Part shown: positions 9,457 to 18,700 of the stretch, in pieces | Layout of the letters: every line of letters starts with the position of its first letter | Numbering within the stretch: the first letter of the stretch is position 1 | NCBI GenBank assembly: GCA_032161105.1 | Contig: JAVHTD010000009.1 | DNA from: Candidatus Thermosaccharophagus tengchongensis | GTDB taxonomy: Bacteria > Armatimonadota > Fervidibacteria > Fervidibacterales > Thermosaccharophagaceae | Strand: one strand, 5' to 3' | DNA length: 64,000 bases | Program-made: the position numbers and the translations under genes | The notes under the pieces: generated by a model | Databases searched by the model: none | What the model was told of the DNA's origin: nothing | What the model saw: only the letters and a program-made list of their open reading frames with translations

Positions 9457-10755
9457 TCACCCCTCGTTAGGCGTAATGGCTTCAACTTCGCATTTGAGCT
9501 TGCCGTCGGAAAGCACCACTTCTAACTTCTCGCCAACGCTTACCATGTGAACGCTCTTAACAATCTCGCCCGTCTTTGGCTGCCTGACATACGCATAGCC
9601 TCTCTCCAACACTCCCTTCGGATTGAGCGCTTGCAACTTGCCTTCAGCGGATGCAAGCCTTTGCCTCAGCCTGAGCACTGTGTTGCTAAATGAGTAAATC
9701 AACCTCTGATGCAGCTCATCAACTCGTTGGCGCCTTATATCCAACAGCTCCTCTGGGCTCCTCATGATACGCCTTGATGTGAGTGCGTTTAATCTTTGGC
9801 GTGCACTCCTGAGGAATGACTCAATGGCGAAGGAAAACCTTTCAAGCAGCTTTTGAAAGCGAGTTTGCAACTCCATCAGGTCTGGCACAACCATTTCTGC
9901 CGCAGCGGATGGAGTTGGTGCTCGCACATCTGCAACGAAGTCAAGGATGGTGAAATCCGTCTCATGTCCGACTGCGCTCACTACGGGTATCTGCGACTCA
10001 TATGCAGCCCTCGCCACAACCTCCTCATTGAACGCCCATAAGTCCTCAATTGAGCCGCCGCCGCGCCCAACAATGAGCACATCAAACATGTTGAGCTCGT
10101 TTGCGAGCTTAATAGCTGCCGCAATTTGTGGAGCTGCATCAGCACCCTGAACCAATGTCGGTATGAGTATGAGCTGCACTCTCGGACAGCGTTTCTTGCA
10201 CACGCGAACTATATCCCTTATCGCTGCCCCATCCGGTGATGTGACTATCCCGATGACTTCGGGAAACTTCGGCAGGGCACGCTTCCTTGATGGCTCAAAC
10301 AACCCTTCAGCTTCTAACTTCCGCTTTAGCGCCTCAAACCGCTCCCATAACACCCCAACGCCGCAAAGGCGCAGTTCCTTGACATAGAGTTGGTAACGCC
10401 CCCTTTGCGGATAGACCCTGACATCCCCTTTTGCAATGACATGCTGCCCATCGGCTGGTTGGAATGTGAGATTTAGCGTGTGCTCAAACCACATCACGCA
10501 ATCAATTTGGGATTGATCCTCGTCCTTGAGGGTGAAGTAGAGGTTGCCAGATGATGAATGGCACTTCACATTTGATAGCTCGCCGGATACCCAAATGCCC
10601 TGAAGCAGCTCGTCGTTGTCTATCTTGCGCTTGATGTATTCCGACAGCTGACTTACAGTTAAAATCACGGCATCCTCAATTGGGATTCCGAGACGCAACC
10701 TCTCAAGGATGCCAAATGGAGATGTGCTGTTTATGTCAAATTCAGACGCCCCCAT
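9457..10755 (-). CDS. xseA: Exodeoxyribonuclease VII large subunit
   Basis: GELSN..YFTLKD OB-fold, GRGGGSIEDLWAFNEE, SAVGHETD, APTPSAAAE; start taken at ATG 10755. Confidence 0.95.
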   Translation of the reverse strand: MGASEFDINSTSPFGILERLRLGIPIEDAVILTVSQLSEYIKRKIDNDELLQGIWVSGELSNVKCHSSSGNLYFTLKDEDQSQIDCVMWFEHTLNLTFQPADGQHVIAKGDVRVYPQRGRYQLYVKELRLCGVGVLWERFEALKRKLEAEGLFEPSRKRALPKFPEVIGIVTSPDGAAIRDIVRVCKKRCPRVQLILIPTLVQGADAAPQIAAAIKLANELNMFDVLIVGRGGGSIEDLWAFNEEVVARAAYESQIPVVSAVGHETDFTILDFVADVRAPTPSAAAEMVVPDLMELQTRFQKLLERFSFAIESFLRSARQRLNALTSRRIMRSPEELLDIRRQRVDELHQRLIYSFSNTVLRLRQRLASAEGKLQALNPKGVLERGYAYVRQPKTGEIVKSVHMVSVGEKLEVVLSDGKLKCEVEAITPNEG

Positions 10756-10887
10756 CGGAATGCACCTGCCCTCGCATTTGAGACTGAAGCAAATTATCGC
10801 ATGGAGTTGCAACCGCCATCCACAACCAAAATTTTGGCGCCAATGAGATGCACCATCCACTGGGGGAGCGTTGATTGGCTTATTTGC

Positions 10888-11322
10888 TTAACTGCCCCCG
10901 GAAGCCTTCCCACTGGGTGAGCAATACTTCTTAACGATGCCACCGAGGATGCCATTCACAAACCTGCCGGAATTTGAGGTGCCAAAAAGCTTTGCCAACT
11001 CAACCGCCTCGTTTATGGAGACGCTGTAGGGTGTGTCTGGCATGTGAAGAATTTCATAGGTAGCCATGCGCAGTATGTTGCGATCCACACCGGTCATTTG
11101 CTCAATTGACCAATGTGGGGCGCACTCCTGAATTATCCTGTCAAGCTCCTCCTTGTGCTCCCATGTGCCGACGGCGAGCTCCGTTGCGAACTCAATCACA
11201 TCCTTGGGCAAATTCTTGTCCTGGAATAAAAACTCAAGCCCCTCACTGATTGGGACGCCACCAACATCGGCTTGAAAGAGCGCTTGAAGCGCTATTTGCC
11301 TTGCGATGCGACGCTTGCGCAC
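10888..11322 (-). CDS. nusB: Transcription antitermination factor NusB
   Basis: RRIARQIALQALFQ, DRNILR, INEAVELAK, FVNGILG. Confidence 0.95.
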   Translation of the reverse strand: MRKRRIARQIALQALFQADVGGVPISEGLEFLFQDKNLPKDVIEFATELAVGTWEHKEELDRIIQECAPHWSIEQMTGVDRNILRMATYEILHMPDTPYSVSINEAVELAKLFGTSNSGRFVNGILGGIVKKYCSPSGKASGGS

Positions 11323-11341
11323 CCCGCTCTTCCTCCAAATT

Positions 11342-12367
11342 CTAAGGCTGCTTTTGAGGCTCGGTCAAACTGCCCTTCATTTGTTCCTTCCGTTCAATGA
11401 TGCGCTTCCAAAGCTTTGCCTTGTAACGGGCACCCGCATCAAGTTTGTTCTTGTTTGACCATTGCTCCATTATCGCCTGAGCCGTCTCAAGGTCACCCAT
11501 TCGGCGGTATATCTCGGCGAGCACATGCCTGACTATGCTTGAGTGCCTTAACTCCTCCCTTTCGCTCAGCCTATCCATCCACGCAATCGCTTCCTCAAAC
11601 CTACCTTGTTCCATCAACTTCCATGGGACAACATACCGCTCAGTTATCGTCTCAACTGCGCCCTTATTTGCGCCGCAATAGTGCTCATATTTGAAGTCAT
11701 CCTTCCATGTCTTCAGAGCAAGCGGTATGTCCGGGAGGCGCTCGTATGCGTGGGCAATCATGTGGTGCGTTCTCGGCAGGTCACCCGGCTTCCAATCCTC
11801 ATACGGGAGCGCTCTCTTAAACCACCTGATTGCCTCCTCAAGGTTGCCAGACTTGTCATAGTGTGTCCAGCCGAGTTGGAAGAGAAGTTCCCATGACCTC
11901 GGATTCCACCTTATCCCCTCCTCAAGTATCTCACAGCCCTTCCTAACATACTCGTCTTGTTCCTCTTCGGTCTTTGCCTCGGCTCTCAAGTTGTATGCTA
12001 CATGCCAGCCGGCGATATCCCAAGCTTGAACGAAGCTCGGGTCAAGCCATGTTATGGTGCGCATTATCGGTAGCATGCTATACCAGCGCCCGGAGTGCCA
12101 ATACTCATCCGACTTCAGCCAAAGCATCTTTGCAGCGACGCCGCGAAAGCCACCGAGCATCGTCCCTATGACCGTTATCGTTATAGCCTCAGCTGGCATA
12201 AGCTGGTAGAGCACAAGCACATCAACTGGCGGCAGGAGCTTGTATACCTTGCGCTGGCTGTGGATGAGGGACTGCAAAGGACCTTGCGCCACGATGAAGA
12301 CAATGAGTGGCACTATTAAACTCACCCTTGAAAGCGGCTTGCGCAATCTCAACCACCTCCAAGCCAA
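11342..12367 (-). CDS. Membrane-anchored TPR protein, partner of the ABC system (PilG/XapA-like)
   Basis: N-terminal TM, LGGFRG..A..LWL, LDP.F..AW...GWH.AYN, EEGIRWNP, TPR repeats; TTG start 2 nt after the permease stop. Confidence 0.65.
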   Translation of the reverse strand: MAWRWLRLRKPLSRVSLIVPLIVFIVAQGPLQSLIHSQRKVYKLLPPVDVLVLYQLMPAEAITITVIGTMLGGFRGVAAKMLWLKSDEYWHSGRWYSMLPIMRTITWLDPSFVQAWDIAGWHVAYNLRAEAKTEEEQDEYVRKGCEILEEGIRWNPRSWELLFQLGWTHYDKSGNLEEAIRWFKRALPYEDWKPGDLPRTHHMIAHAYERLPDIPLALKTWKDDFKYEHYCGANKGAVETITERYVVPWKLMEQGRFEEAIAWMDRLSEREELRHSSIVRHVLAEIYRRMGDLETAQAIMEQWSNKNKLDAGARYKAKLWKRIIERKEQMKGSLTEPQKQP

Positions 12368-12368
12368 T

Positions 12369-13181
12369 TCAGAATTCCTGATCTTGGAATAGGACGACCG
12401 CAACGAGTATCAAAACTGAGCAATACAACAGCCCGTAGAGGATGGAGTTAATGACAGTCTGCCATGGGACTACCGACTCAGTGACGATGGCTTGCCTCAC
12501 ATCAAAGTTATCAAGGTGCGGCACAAGCCAGTAAACCGTCTTAAGGACACCGCGAAATACATAAGCCTTCCATGAGATGGCTTCTTCATGTTGCGCTCGC
12601 TCTACCGCTAAGTGTTTCTCCGGTTCGGCGAGTGCCAGTAGTGAGCTGCTCTGAGCCCCAACGAAGTAAATGAGCACGGCAAAGACGATGTTGAATGCGA
12701 GAGAACCCCTCGTTGATGCCGCAAGCGCTATTGCACCGATGATCAACAGTTGGAAGAAGGCGAGCGCAACCGCTTTAATCACATTTACATCCAGACCCTT
12801 AGCGACATAGGAGTGGATGACTACGAGCAGGATTCCCATACATGCCACCGTGACGAGCGTCGTCAAAGCGAGCCCCAAGAACTTGCCCAAGAGGAACTGC
12901 CATCGCCTGACCGGCTTTGAAAGGATGGTAAAGATGGTCCTTCGGTCAACCTCGCTCGGTATCATCGTTGCACCGAGAAAGATAGTGATGAGCATGCCAA
13001 ATAGCGTTATTGAGCCGAGCCCAAAGTCAAAGACGAACTTCTTCTCCTCGCCCGGAGCTATGCCACTGAACAGGTTGGCAGAAGCTATCGCCACAAGCGC
13101 AAACAGAAAAACGACCCAGAAGAACTTGCGCCTGATGGCTTCTTGGAATGTGTTCCTTGCGATCACCCATATGACCCTCAT
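12369..13181 (-). CDS. ABC transporter permease (PilI/XapB-like)
   Basis: IARNTFQEAIRRK, EVDRRTIFTILSKPVRRWQFLLGKFLG, about six TM helices. Confidence 0.85.
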   Translation of the reverse strand: MRVIWVIARNTFQEAIRRKFFWVVFLFALVAIASANLFSGIAPGEEKKFVFDFGLGSITLFGMLITIFLGATMIPSEVDRRTIFTILSKPVRRWQFLLGKFLGLALTTLVTVACMGILLVVIHSYVAKGLDVNVIKAVALAFFQLLIIGAIALAASTRGSLAFNIVFAVLIYFVGAQSSSLLALAEPEKHLAVERAQHEEAISWKAYVFRGVLKTVYWLVPHLDNFDVRQAIVTESVVPWQTVINSILYGLLYCSVLILVAVVLFQDQEF

Positions 13182-13236
13182 TTAGCAGCACCTCCAATTC
13201 TCTGGGCACAAGGTGAGTTTTATCGTCTCACTAACG

Positions 13237-14208
13237 CTATGTTATCTCGGGGGCGCCAGCCTCCCTCACAGCTTTGATGAACACATCCTCAAGTGTTTCC
13301 GTGAGGCGAGTTATTGAGGTGATGTGTCCATTACAAGCCCGTATGGCATCAATCACTTCGGGCACACGATCGTGGTCCGAGAGGCGAAAGACAACCTCGC
13401 CATCCCTCCTCTCCGTTGTGACTCCCAATCCCCTTACACGCTCAAACACTTCCTCACTCACATCCCGCGCCACAACCTCGGTCACCGCCGTTGGCTCAAG
13501 CAGCTCCTTCACCGTTCCCTTTCGTATCACCCTGCCGAGGTTGAGAATGACAACCCTATCGCATATCATCTGGACATCGGCAAGCAAGTGGGAGCAAAGG
13601 AAAATGGTCTTCCCTTGCTGACGCAGTTGGAGCAAGAGCTGCTTGATGTCATGAGCACCAATCGGGTCAATTCCAGTTGTCGGCTCATCAAGCAAAAGCA
13701 AGTCTGGGTCGTTTATGAGGGCTTGTGCCAAACCTATGCGCTGCATCATGCCCTTTGAGTAATTGCGAAGTGGCATTTTCCTGAAGCGCTTCATCCCGAC
13801 AAGGTCAAGGAGCAGCTCAATGCGCTCCTCCCTCTCCGATTTGCTGTATCCGAACAGCCTCCCATAAAAGTCAAGCAACTCATCAGCGTTGAGGAAATCG
13901 TAAAAGTATGGACCATCTGGGAGGAAGCCTATTCGGTTCTTGACGCTTATGTCAAACGGGCTTGACCCAAAAACCTTGATCTCGCCGCGTGTCGGAAATA
14001 TGAGCCCGAGTATGAGCTTCAGCGTCGTTGTCTTGCCCGAACCGTTGGGTCCAACAAGCCCAAATATCTCGCCTCGGTATACCTCAAATGAGACATCATC
14101 AAGCGCCAATATTGTCCCACCCCACCCAGTCGGATATTCCTTGCGCACATTGCGAAGCTCAACTACGACTTCACCAGATGAAACATTGCTCAACTCATTC
14201 ACCCCCAT
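13237..14208 (-). CDS. ABC transporter ATP-binding protein
   Basis: GPNGSGKTT, YSKGMMQR, LLLDEP, SHLL. Confidence 0.93.
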   Translation of the reverse strand: MGVNELSNVSSGEVVVELRNVRKEYPTGWGGTILALDDVSFEVYRGEIFGLVGPNGSGKTTTLKLILGLIFPTRGEIKVFGSSPFDISVKNRIGFLPDGPYFYDFLNADELLDFYGRLFGYSKSEREERIELLLDLVGMKRFRKMPLRNYSKGMMQRIGLAQALINDPDLLLLDEPTTGIDPIGAHDIKQLLLQLRQQGKTIFLCSHLLADVQMICDRVVILNLGRVIRKGTVKELLEPTAVTEVVARDVSEEVFERVRGLGVTTERRDGEVVFRLSDHDRVPEVIDAIRACNGHITSITRLTETLEDVFIKAVREAGAPEIT

Positions 14209-14337
14209 TGCAGCATATGTCCTGCGCCATTCCTTTTATCGGCTCAGGCTTCAAAGTGAGGGTGGACAGCGAGCCGCACAAACATGCAGCTCTGACGGGT
14301 TGCAGCCTTCGCAGATCCACTACAACGATTATAGCGA

Positions 14338-14886
14338 CTAAATCCGATGGCTGTCTTTTGGCTCCAGATACTTTCGCGCAAGCTCATAAACGGCAATCCC
14401 ATAAGCCACTGCCACATTCAATGATTGCTTCCAACCGCGCTGTGGTATCTCAATTGCAAAGTCGCACAGCTTGAGAGCCTCGTCACTTACACCATCAACT
14501 TCGTTGCCGACGACCAAGCAGACAGGGAAGGCATCCCTCGGAAATGCAGTATACGGCATGCTCTCATAAGTCCGCTCAAGGGCAACAATCTTCCACCCGC
14601 TTCTTTTCAGGCACGCAATCGGAAATGCCACATCATGATGGTATTCCCAGAATACGCTCAGTGTTGCTCCGAGCGCTGTCTTTTCAATCTCCGCATCCGG
14701 CGGGCAGCCAGTTATGCCGCACAGGTAAAGCTTGCGTATGCCAGCACCATCTGAGATGCGAAATATAGCGCCCACATTGTAGAGGCTGCGTATGTTATCA
14801 AGGATGGCGCATATTGGGAGACGCTCGCCAATTCTCACCTCTGATAGCTGTGGGCGATATTCCCTCTCACTCGGTCGCTTGCGCAT
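14338..14886 (-). CDS. TrmH/SpoU family RNA methyltransferase
   Basis: LDNIRSLYNVGAIFR, VGNEVDG, QSLNVAVA. Confidence 0.9.
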   Translation of the reverse strand: MRKRPSEREYRPQLSEVRIGERLPICAILDNIRSLYNVGAIFRISDGAGIRKLYLCGITGCPPDAEIEKTALGATLSVFWEYHHDVAFPIACLKRSGWKIVALERTYESMPYTAFPRDAFPVCLVVGNEVDGVSDEALKLCDFAIEIPQRGWKQSLNVAVAYGIAVYELARKYLEPKDSHRI

Positions 14887-14899
14887 GGCTGCGTGCTGA

Positions 14900-16804
14900 T
14901 CACCTCAATTGGCGCAGCCGATCAAGAAGCTCTTCCTTGCCAACTAAGCCCTCAACGCGCAGGTGGCGCAGCTCCTTTCCGTCCGAGCCGATGAAGACAA
15001 TCGTCGGCAACCCTACAACTTTGTAACGCTTCCTGAGCTCCTCAGCGGCGCTGTTTCTGATGGTCAAGTCAACGCGGAAGCAAGCCAGCTTCCCAAGCTC
15101 GTTTAAGATGCTCTTGCTTGAGAGAATTTGCCGCTCAAGTTCCTTGCACTCGTGACACCACTCAGCCGTGAACTTGATTGCAATCGGCTTACCTGCCTTG
15201 AGAGCTTCACTGAAGCGCCTTGGCGAGTAATCCTTCCAGACAAAGTCAGCAGCTGCCCCCGTGGACGCCATAAGCCCTGCGCCATAGCCGCGTTCATAGC
15301 CGATGCTGTAGCTGGCTTGCATTAGCAAGCCAATTGATGCGGCAACCATCAAGCCACCGACAGCCCTCTTGAAAATGACGAAGCGCGGTTGCCCACCTTG
15401 AGATGGAGTAAGCCATCCAAGATGGATGCCAGCAACAAAGAGCAGGCTCGGAAACGCAAATGGGGCGGCAATGCGCGGCATGAGCGGCATGACAAGGTAA
15501 ACGGCTAAAGCGAGCAGTGCAAATCCGAGCGCCTTCCTAACCCAATCCATCCAGATGCCCGATTTGGGCAGGCGGTGTAGCGAGCTGGAGAAGATGGCAA
15601 GAAACATATACGGCAATCCCAGACCCAAAGAGAGCGCAAAGAAGCAAACGAAGCCAACCAATGCGCTCCCGGAGGCAGCTACGAAAGCAATGAGCGCAAC
15701 TGTAAATGGACCGATGCATGGTGCTGCTATCAATCCGGCAACCATGCCGAGTCCAAGTGACCCAACTGCCTGCGCAAAGCTGTGCAGCCTGCCGAGGAGA
15801 CGAGATGGCAATTCAATCTCGTATGCGCCAAACATGCCGAAGGCAAGGGCTGCAATTATGCCGGCAACAATGATGAGGGCAATTGGGTGTTGAAGCATAA
15901 AGCCAAACAGCTCACCAGTTAACCCGGAGACAACGCCGATGAGCGAATAGGTGATGGCTATGCCAAGCACATAGAGCAGCGCCTCCACCACAAGCCTTCT
16001 CATGTTTCCGTGTGAGCGGCTCGCGAAATACCCGACGGTGATTGGCACGAGTGGAAAAACGCACGGCGTCAAGTTGAGCGCCACACCGAAGGCGAATATG
16101 ATGAGCAGTGTGGTTGCCCAACCAAAACGGCGGATGAGGGACAATATGCGCTCTGAAGGACCAGCTCCAACTGACCCTTCTTTGATGATTCGCCAGCGCT
16201 TCGGCTCAGGTGATGACTTTAGCCAACTTGCATATTGCTGAAACAGCTCGGCATTTTTCGGGGTGACTTTCTCGCCCTTACCGACGACTGTAATTGCGAT
16301 GGGCAGCTGCAAGCTGCTTGGCGGGTAACAGCGGTGCTCATCACAGGCTTGATAACGCAGATGTGCAATCACGCGATGCTTACCAATTGGCGCATCAGGT
16401 GAAGCGCACAATGTCGCAACGATGGCAAACTTGCCATCATACACCAACAGCTCCCCAAATGATGTGCGCAATACCTTTGCAGGCGGATAATGCACTCGCT
16501 CAACTTTGAGCCAATTCGGCAGCTTAAGCGATAGCGTCGTCGGTATTAGCCACTCATCCTTTGGCTCGTGCGAATTCACATGCAAGCCATGCGGAAGATT
16601 GATAACCACCATCATGTTGACCTTTCCGCCGCGCCTTACAGCTGAGGCATCCACATACGCCCTCGCACTGACTTTGGAAAGTTGCGCACCGAAAACTACA
16701 TCGCCAAGGATGTATTGGAACAAAATGCCAATATGAACTGCGACCAAAGTCAAAAGCCTCAAATGAGCGCCGGTGTGCGATGGGCTTTCATTCCACTGGG
16801 GCAT
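14900..16804 (-). CDS. dsbD: Thiol:disulfide interchange protein DsbD
   Basis: YQACDEHRCYPP N-domain, LTPCVFP and APCIGP TM cysteines, WCHEC thioredoxin domain; ATG 16804 has a GGGGGTG RBS. Confidence 0.9.
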   Translation of the reverse strand: MPQWNESPSHTGAHLRLLTLVAVHIGILFQYILGDVVFGAQLSKVSARAYVDASAVRRGGKVNMMVVINLPHGLHVNSHEPKDEWLIPTTLSLKLPNWLKVERVHYPPAKVLRTSFGELLVYDGKFAIVATLCASPDAPIGKHRVIAHLRYQACDEHRCYPPSSLQLPIAITVVGKGEKVTPKNAELFQQYASWLKSSPEPKRWRIIKEGSVGAGPSERILSLIRRFGWATTLLIIFAFGVALNLTPCVFPLVPITVGYFASRSHGNMRRLVVEALLYVLGIAITYSLIGVVSGLTGELFGFMLQHPIALIIVAGIIAALAFGMFGAYEIELPSRLLGRLHSFAQAVGSLGLGMVAGLIAAPCIGPFTVALIAFVAASGSALVGFVCFFALSLGLGLPYMFLAIFSSSLHRLPKSGIWMDWVRKALGFALLALAVYLVMPLMPRIAAPFAFPSLLFVAGIHLGWLTPSQGGQPRFVIFKRAVGGLMVAASIGLLMQASYSIGYERGYGAGLMASTGAAADFVWKDYSPRRFSEALKAGKPIAIKFTAEWCHECKELERQILSSKSILNELGKLACFRVDLTIRNSAAEELRKRYKVVGLPTIVFIGSDGKELRHLRVEGLVGKEELLDRLRQLR

Positions 16805-17056
16805 TTCAAATTGCACCCCCTTAGCACGAACGGCAACGCCATGAAGCGTATTATGCAGCACATCAAACGGGCAAGATGAGCAGGTGTGGCGATTCTGCCA
16901 ACCAATCGGAAAATGATGTCCCGCAGCGCTCTGAACGGCACTCCAATGATATCGTTCGCAATGCTCGTATCGGGTGGCATATGAACACATGCCATTCCCG
17001 TTCGTCTAACCTAATGAACGCGTGCACCAAAAAAACTTTGCGGAGGTGTGGCTCAC

Positions 17057-17494
17057 ATGAAGGGGCGAAAGGCGATGCCGACGATGTTTATTGTGCTGCC
17101 GCTTACAGCCTGCTTGGTAGCTGCATGTTTGCGTGTTTCAGCTGCTCAGCCGCCGCAGCAAACTCAACCGCAACAAGTCCAACCACAGCAAGTCCAACCA
17201 CAACAAGTTCCACTGCCAGCGCGACAGCAGCAACCGCCACAGTTCCAACCGGGTCAACCACCATTCCAGCCGGGTCCTCGGATGCCTTGGTTCGGGGTGG
17301 CATTGCCGGTTGCCATTTACGCCAACGACAAGTATGTCTATGTTGTGCGCGGCAATGTGCTGTATCAGTTTGATGCCGAGACGCTGCAGCTCAAAAATAG
17401 GGTCATCCTGCAGGATGTAGTCCCACCCCCGCCACCTCAACCTGCTCCAGCGCCTCAACAGTTGCAGCAACCAATTGCGCAACCGAGGCAGTGA
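17057..17494 (+). CDS. Secreted Gln/Pro-rich small protein, paralogue A
   Basis: GGAGGTG RBS, signal peptide ending SAA|QPPQQ, (QPQQV)3 repeat, conserved ~35-aa beta module. Confidence 0.75.
   Translation: MKGRKAMPTMFIVLPLTACLVAACLRVSAAQPPQQTQPQQVQPQQVQPQQVPLPARQQQPPQFQPGQPPFQPGPRMPWFGVALPVAIYANDKYVYVVRGNVLYQFDAETLQLKNRVILQDVVPPPPPQPAPAPQQLQQPIAQPRQ
17165..17209 (+). repeat. 15-bp tandem repeat x3 encoding QPQQV
   Basis: caaccgcaacaagtc / caaccacagcaagtc / caaccacaacaagtt. Confidence 0.8.
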
Positions 17495-17906
17495 TCTGCT
17501 TCCAGAGCAAAGGCACATAACAAAAACCCAAAGAAACCTAAGGGGGGTGTAGTGTCATGAGGATGCGAAGAGCGATGCCTGTGACACTTATTGCTTTGCC
17601 GCTTGTAGCTTGCCTAATCACTGTGTGCCTGCGCACATCAACTGCACAACCGCCGCAGCAAGGTCAACCGCAAGTAGGGCAGCAGGTGCAGCAGCCGCAG
17701 CAGCCGAGAGCATTTCAACGCCAAGAACAGCAGCGTGAAGGCGGTCGCCAGTTTGATAGAGAGGCATTTCAACGCATGATGACATTTGGCAGGATGACGC
17801 TTCCGGTTGCCATTTACGCCAACGACAAGTATGTCTATGTTGTGCGCGGCAATGTGCTGTATCAGTTTGATGCCGAGACGCTGCAGCTCAAAAATAGGGT
17901 CATCCT
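17306..17906 (+). repeat. Perfect 104-bp direct repeat (17306-17409 = 17803-17906)
   Basis: Base-by-base identical ccggttgccatttac...agggtcatcct in the two paralogues. Confidence 0.95.
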
Positions 17907-17958
17907 TGAAGATGTAGTTCCAACCAGAGGAGAAGGTTTCCAGCAAAGAGGGCGCTGA
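17557..17958 (+). CDS. Secreted Gln-rich small protein, paralogue B
   Basis: GGGGGGTG RBS, signal peptide ending STA|QPPQQ, same beta module as paralogue A. Confidence 0.75.
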   Translation: MRMRRAMPVTLIALPLVACLITVCLRTSTAQPPQQGQPQVGQQVQQPQQPRAFQRQEQQREGGRQFDREAFQRMMTFGRMTLPVAIYANDKYVYVVRGNVLYQFDAETLQLKNRVILEDVVPTRGEGFQQRGR

Positions 17959-18072
17959 GGTGAAGTAGGGAACAGCGCACTGCAAACGCGTTGTGACCTG
18001 CACAATGGGCGCACTTTTGTAGCGGTGGATGGCAGCGTGCAAACACTCAGATGATGTGAATGGCACGGTGCC

Positions 18073-18681
18073 CTAAGTAAGGGTGTTGCTGAGCAAGCTA
18101 AAGGGCAATAGCAGTCCGCTTGCAAATGCAACGGTGGTAAGAGCAAGGGGGAGTTCGTCATGTGAGGCAGCCTCAAGTATGATGTGGATGGGATGTTCCT
18201 TTTCACAAGCGCCCTCAAATGCCCGCAATACCGAGGAGAGAAGTTGAGCTGATTCGGTGAGGATACCCTTTGTCGCTCCCAAAGCAGTTGATGTTGGTAA
18301 TCGTAAAAGTGTCGGTCTCACCTTGAGCGAGATCGCAACCTGCCATATCTCATTGACCTTTAAAGCCACTTTAAACCCGGCAGAGGAAAAGTTCTTGCAA
18401 GCCAGCAAGCCATCTCTGGTCATCGGGAATTGCGGGATGAGCTTTGGCTGCCATTTGCAGGCTGTATCTGCGAGTTCAGAGAGCGTGTGCGCATCAGCAG
18501 TTGGCAGTTCAACTACGGCATCGCAGATGAAATCGTTCGCCAAACGCTCAACAACATTTCTCCACAGCGCTTTATCGTTGCTGCTCATGCCGCATAGCCA
18601 CAGGCTGTCAACTAACTTGTCAAACTCGCCCACCTTCACTTGTTCCAACTGACCCTCACTTACGAGTGCCATGAGCTTCAA
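18073..18681 (-). CDS. Degenerate transaldolase/fructose-6-phosphate aldolase-fold protein
   Basis: LIPQFPMTRDGLLACKNFSSAGFKV aligns with the family pattern VIKIPMT.EGL.A.K.LS..GIK; catalytic Lys and the TTNP motif are absent. Confidence 0.55.
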   Translation of the reverse strand: MKLMALVSEGQLEQVKVGEFDKLVDSLWLCGMSSNDKALWRNVVERLANDFICDAVVELPTADAHTLSELADTACKWQPKLIPQFPMTRDGLLACKNFSSAGFKVALKVNEIWQVAISLKVRPTLLRLPTSTALGATKGILTESAQLLSSVLRAFEGACEKEHPIHIILEAASHDELPLALTTVAFASGLLLPFSLLSNTLT

Positions 18682-18700
18682 AGCGCATCACCTCATAACT

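Noticed and set aside
17306..17906. 104-bp repeat as a diversity-generating retroelement TR/VR pair
   Set aside because: The copies are identical with no adenine-specific differences, both lie in coding paralogues, and no reverse transcriptase is present in the window
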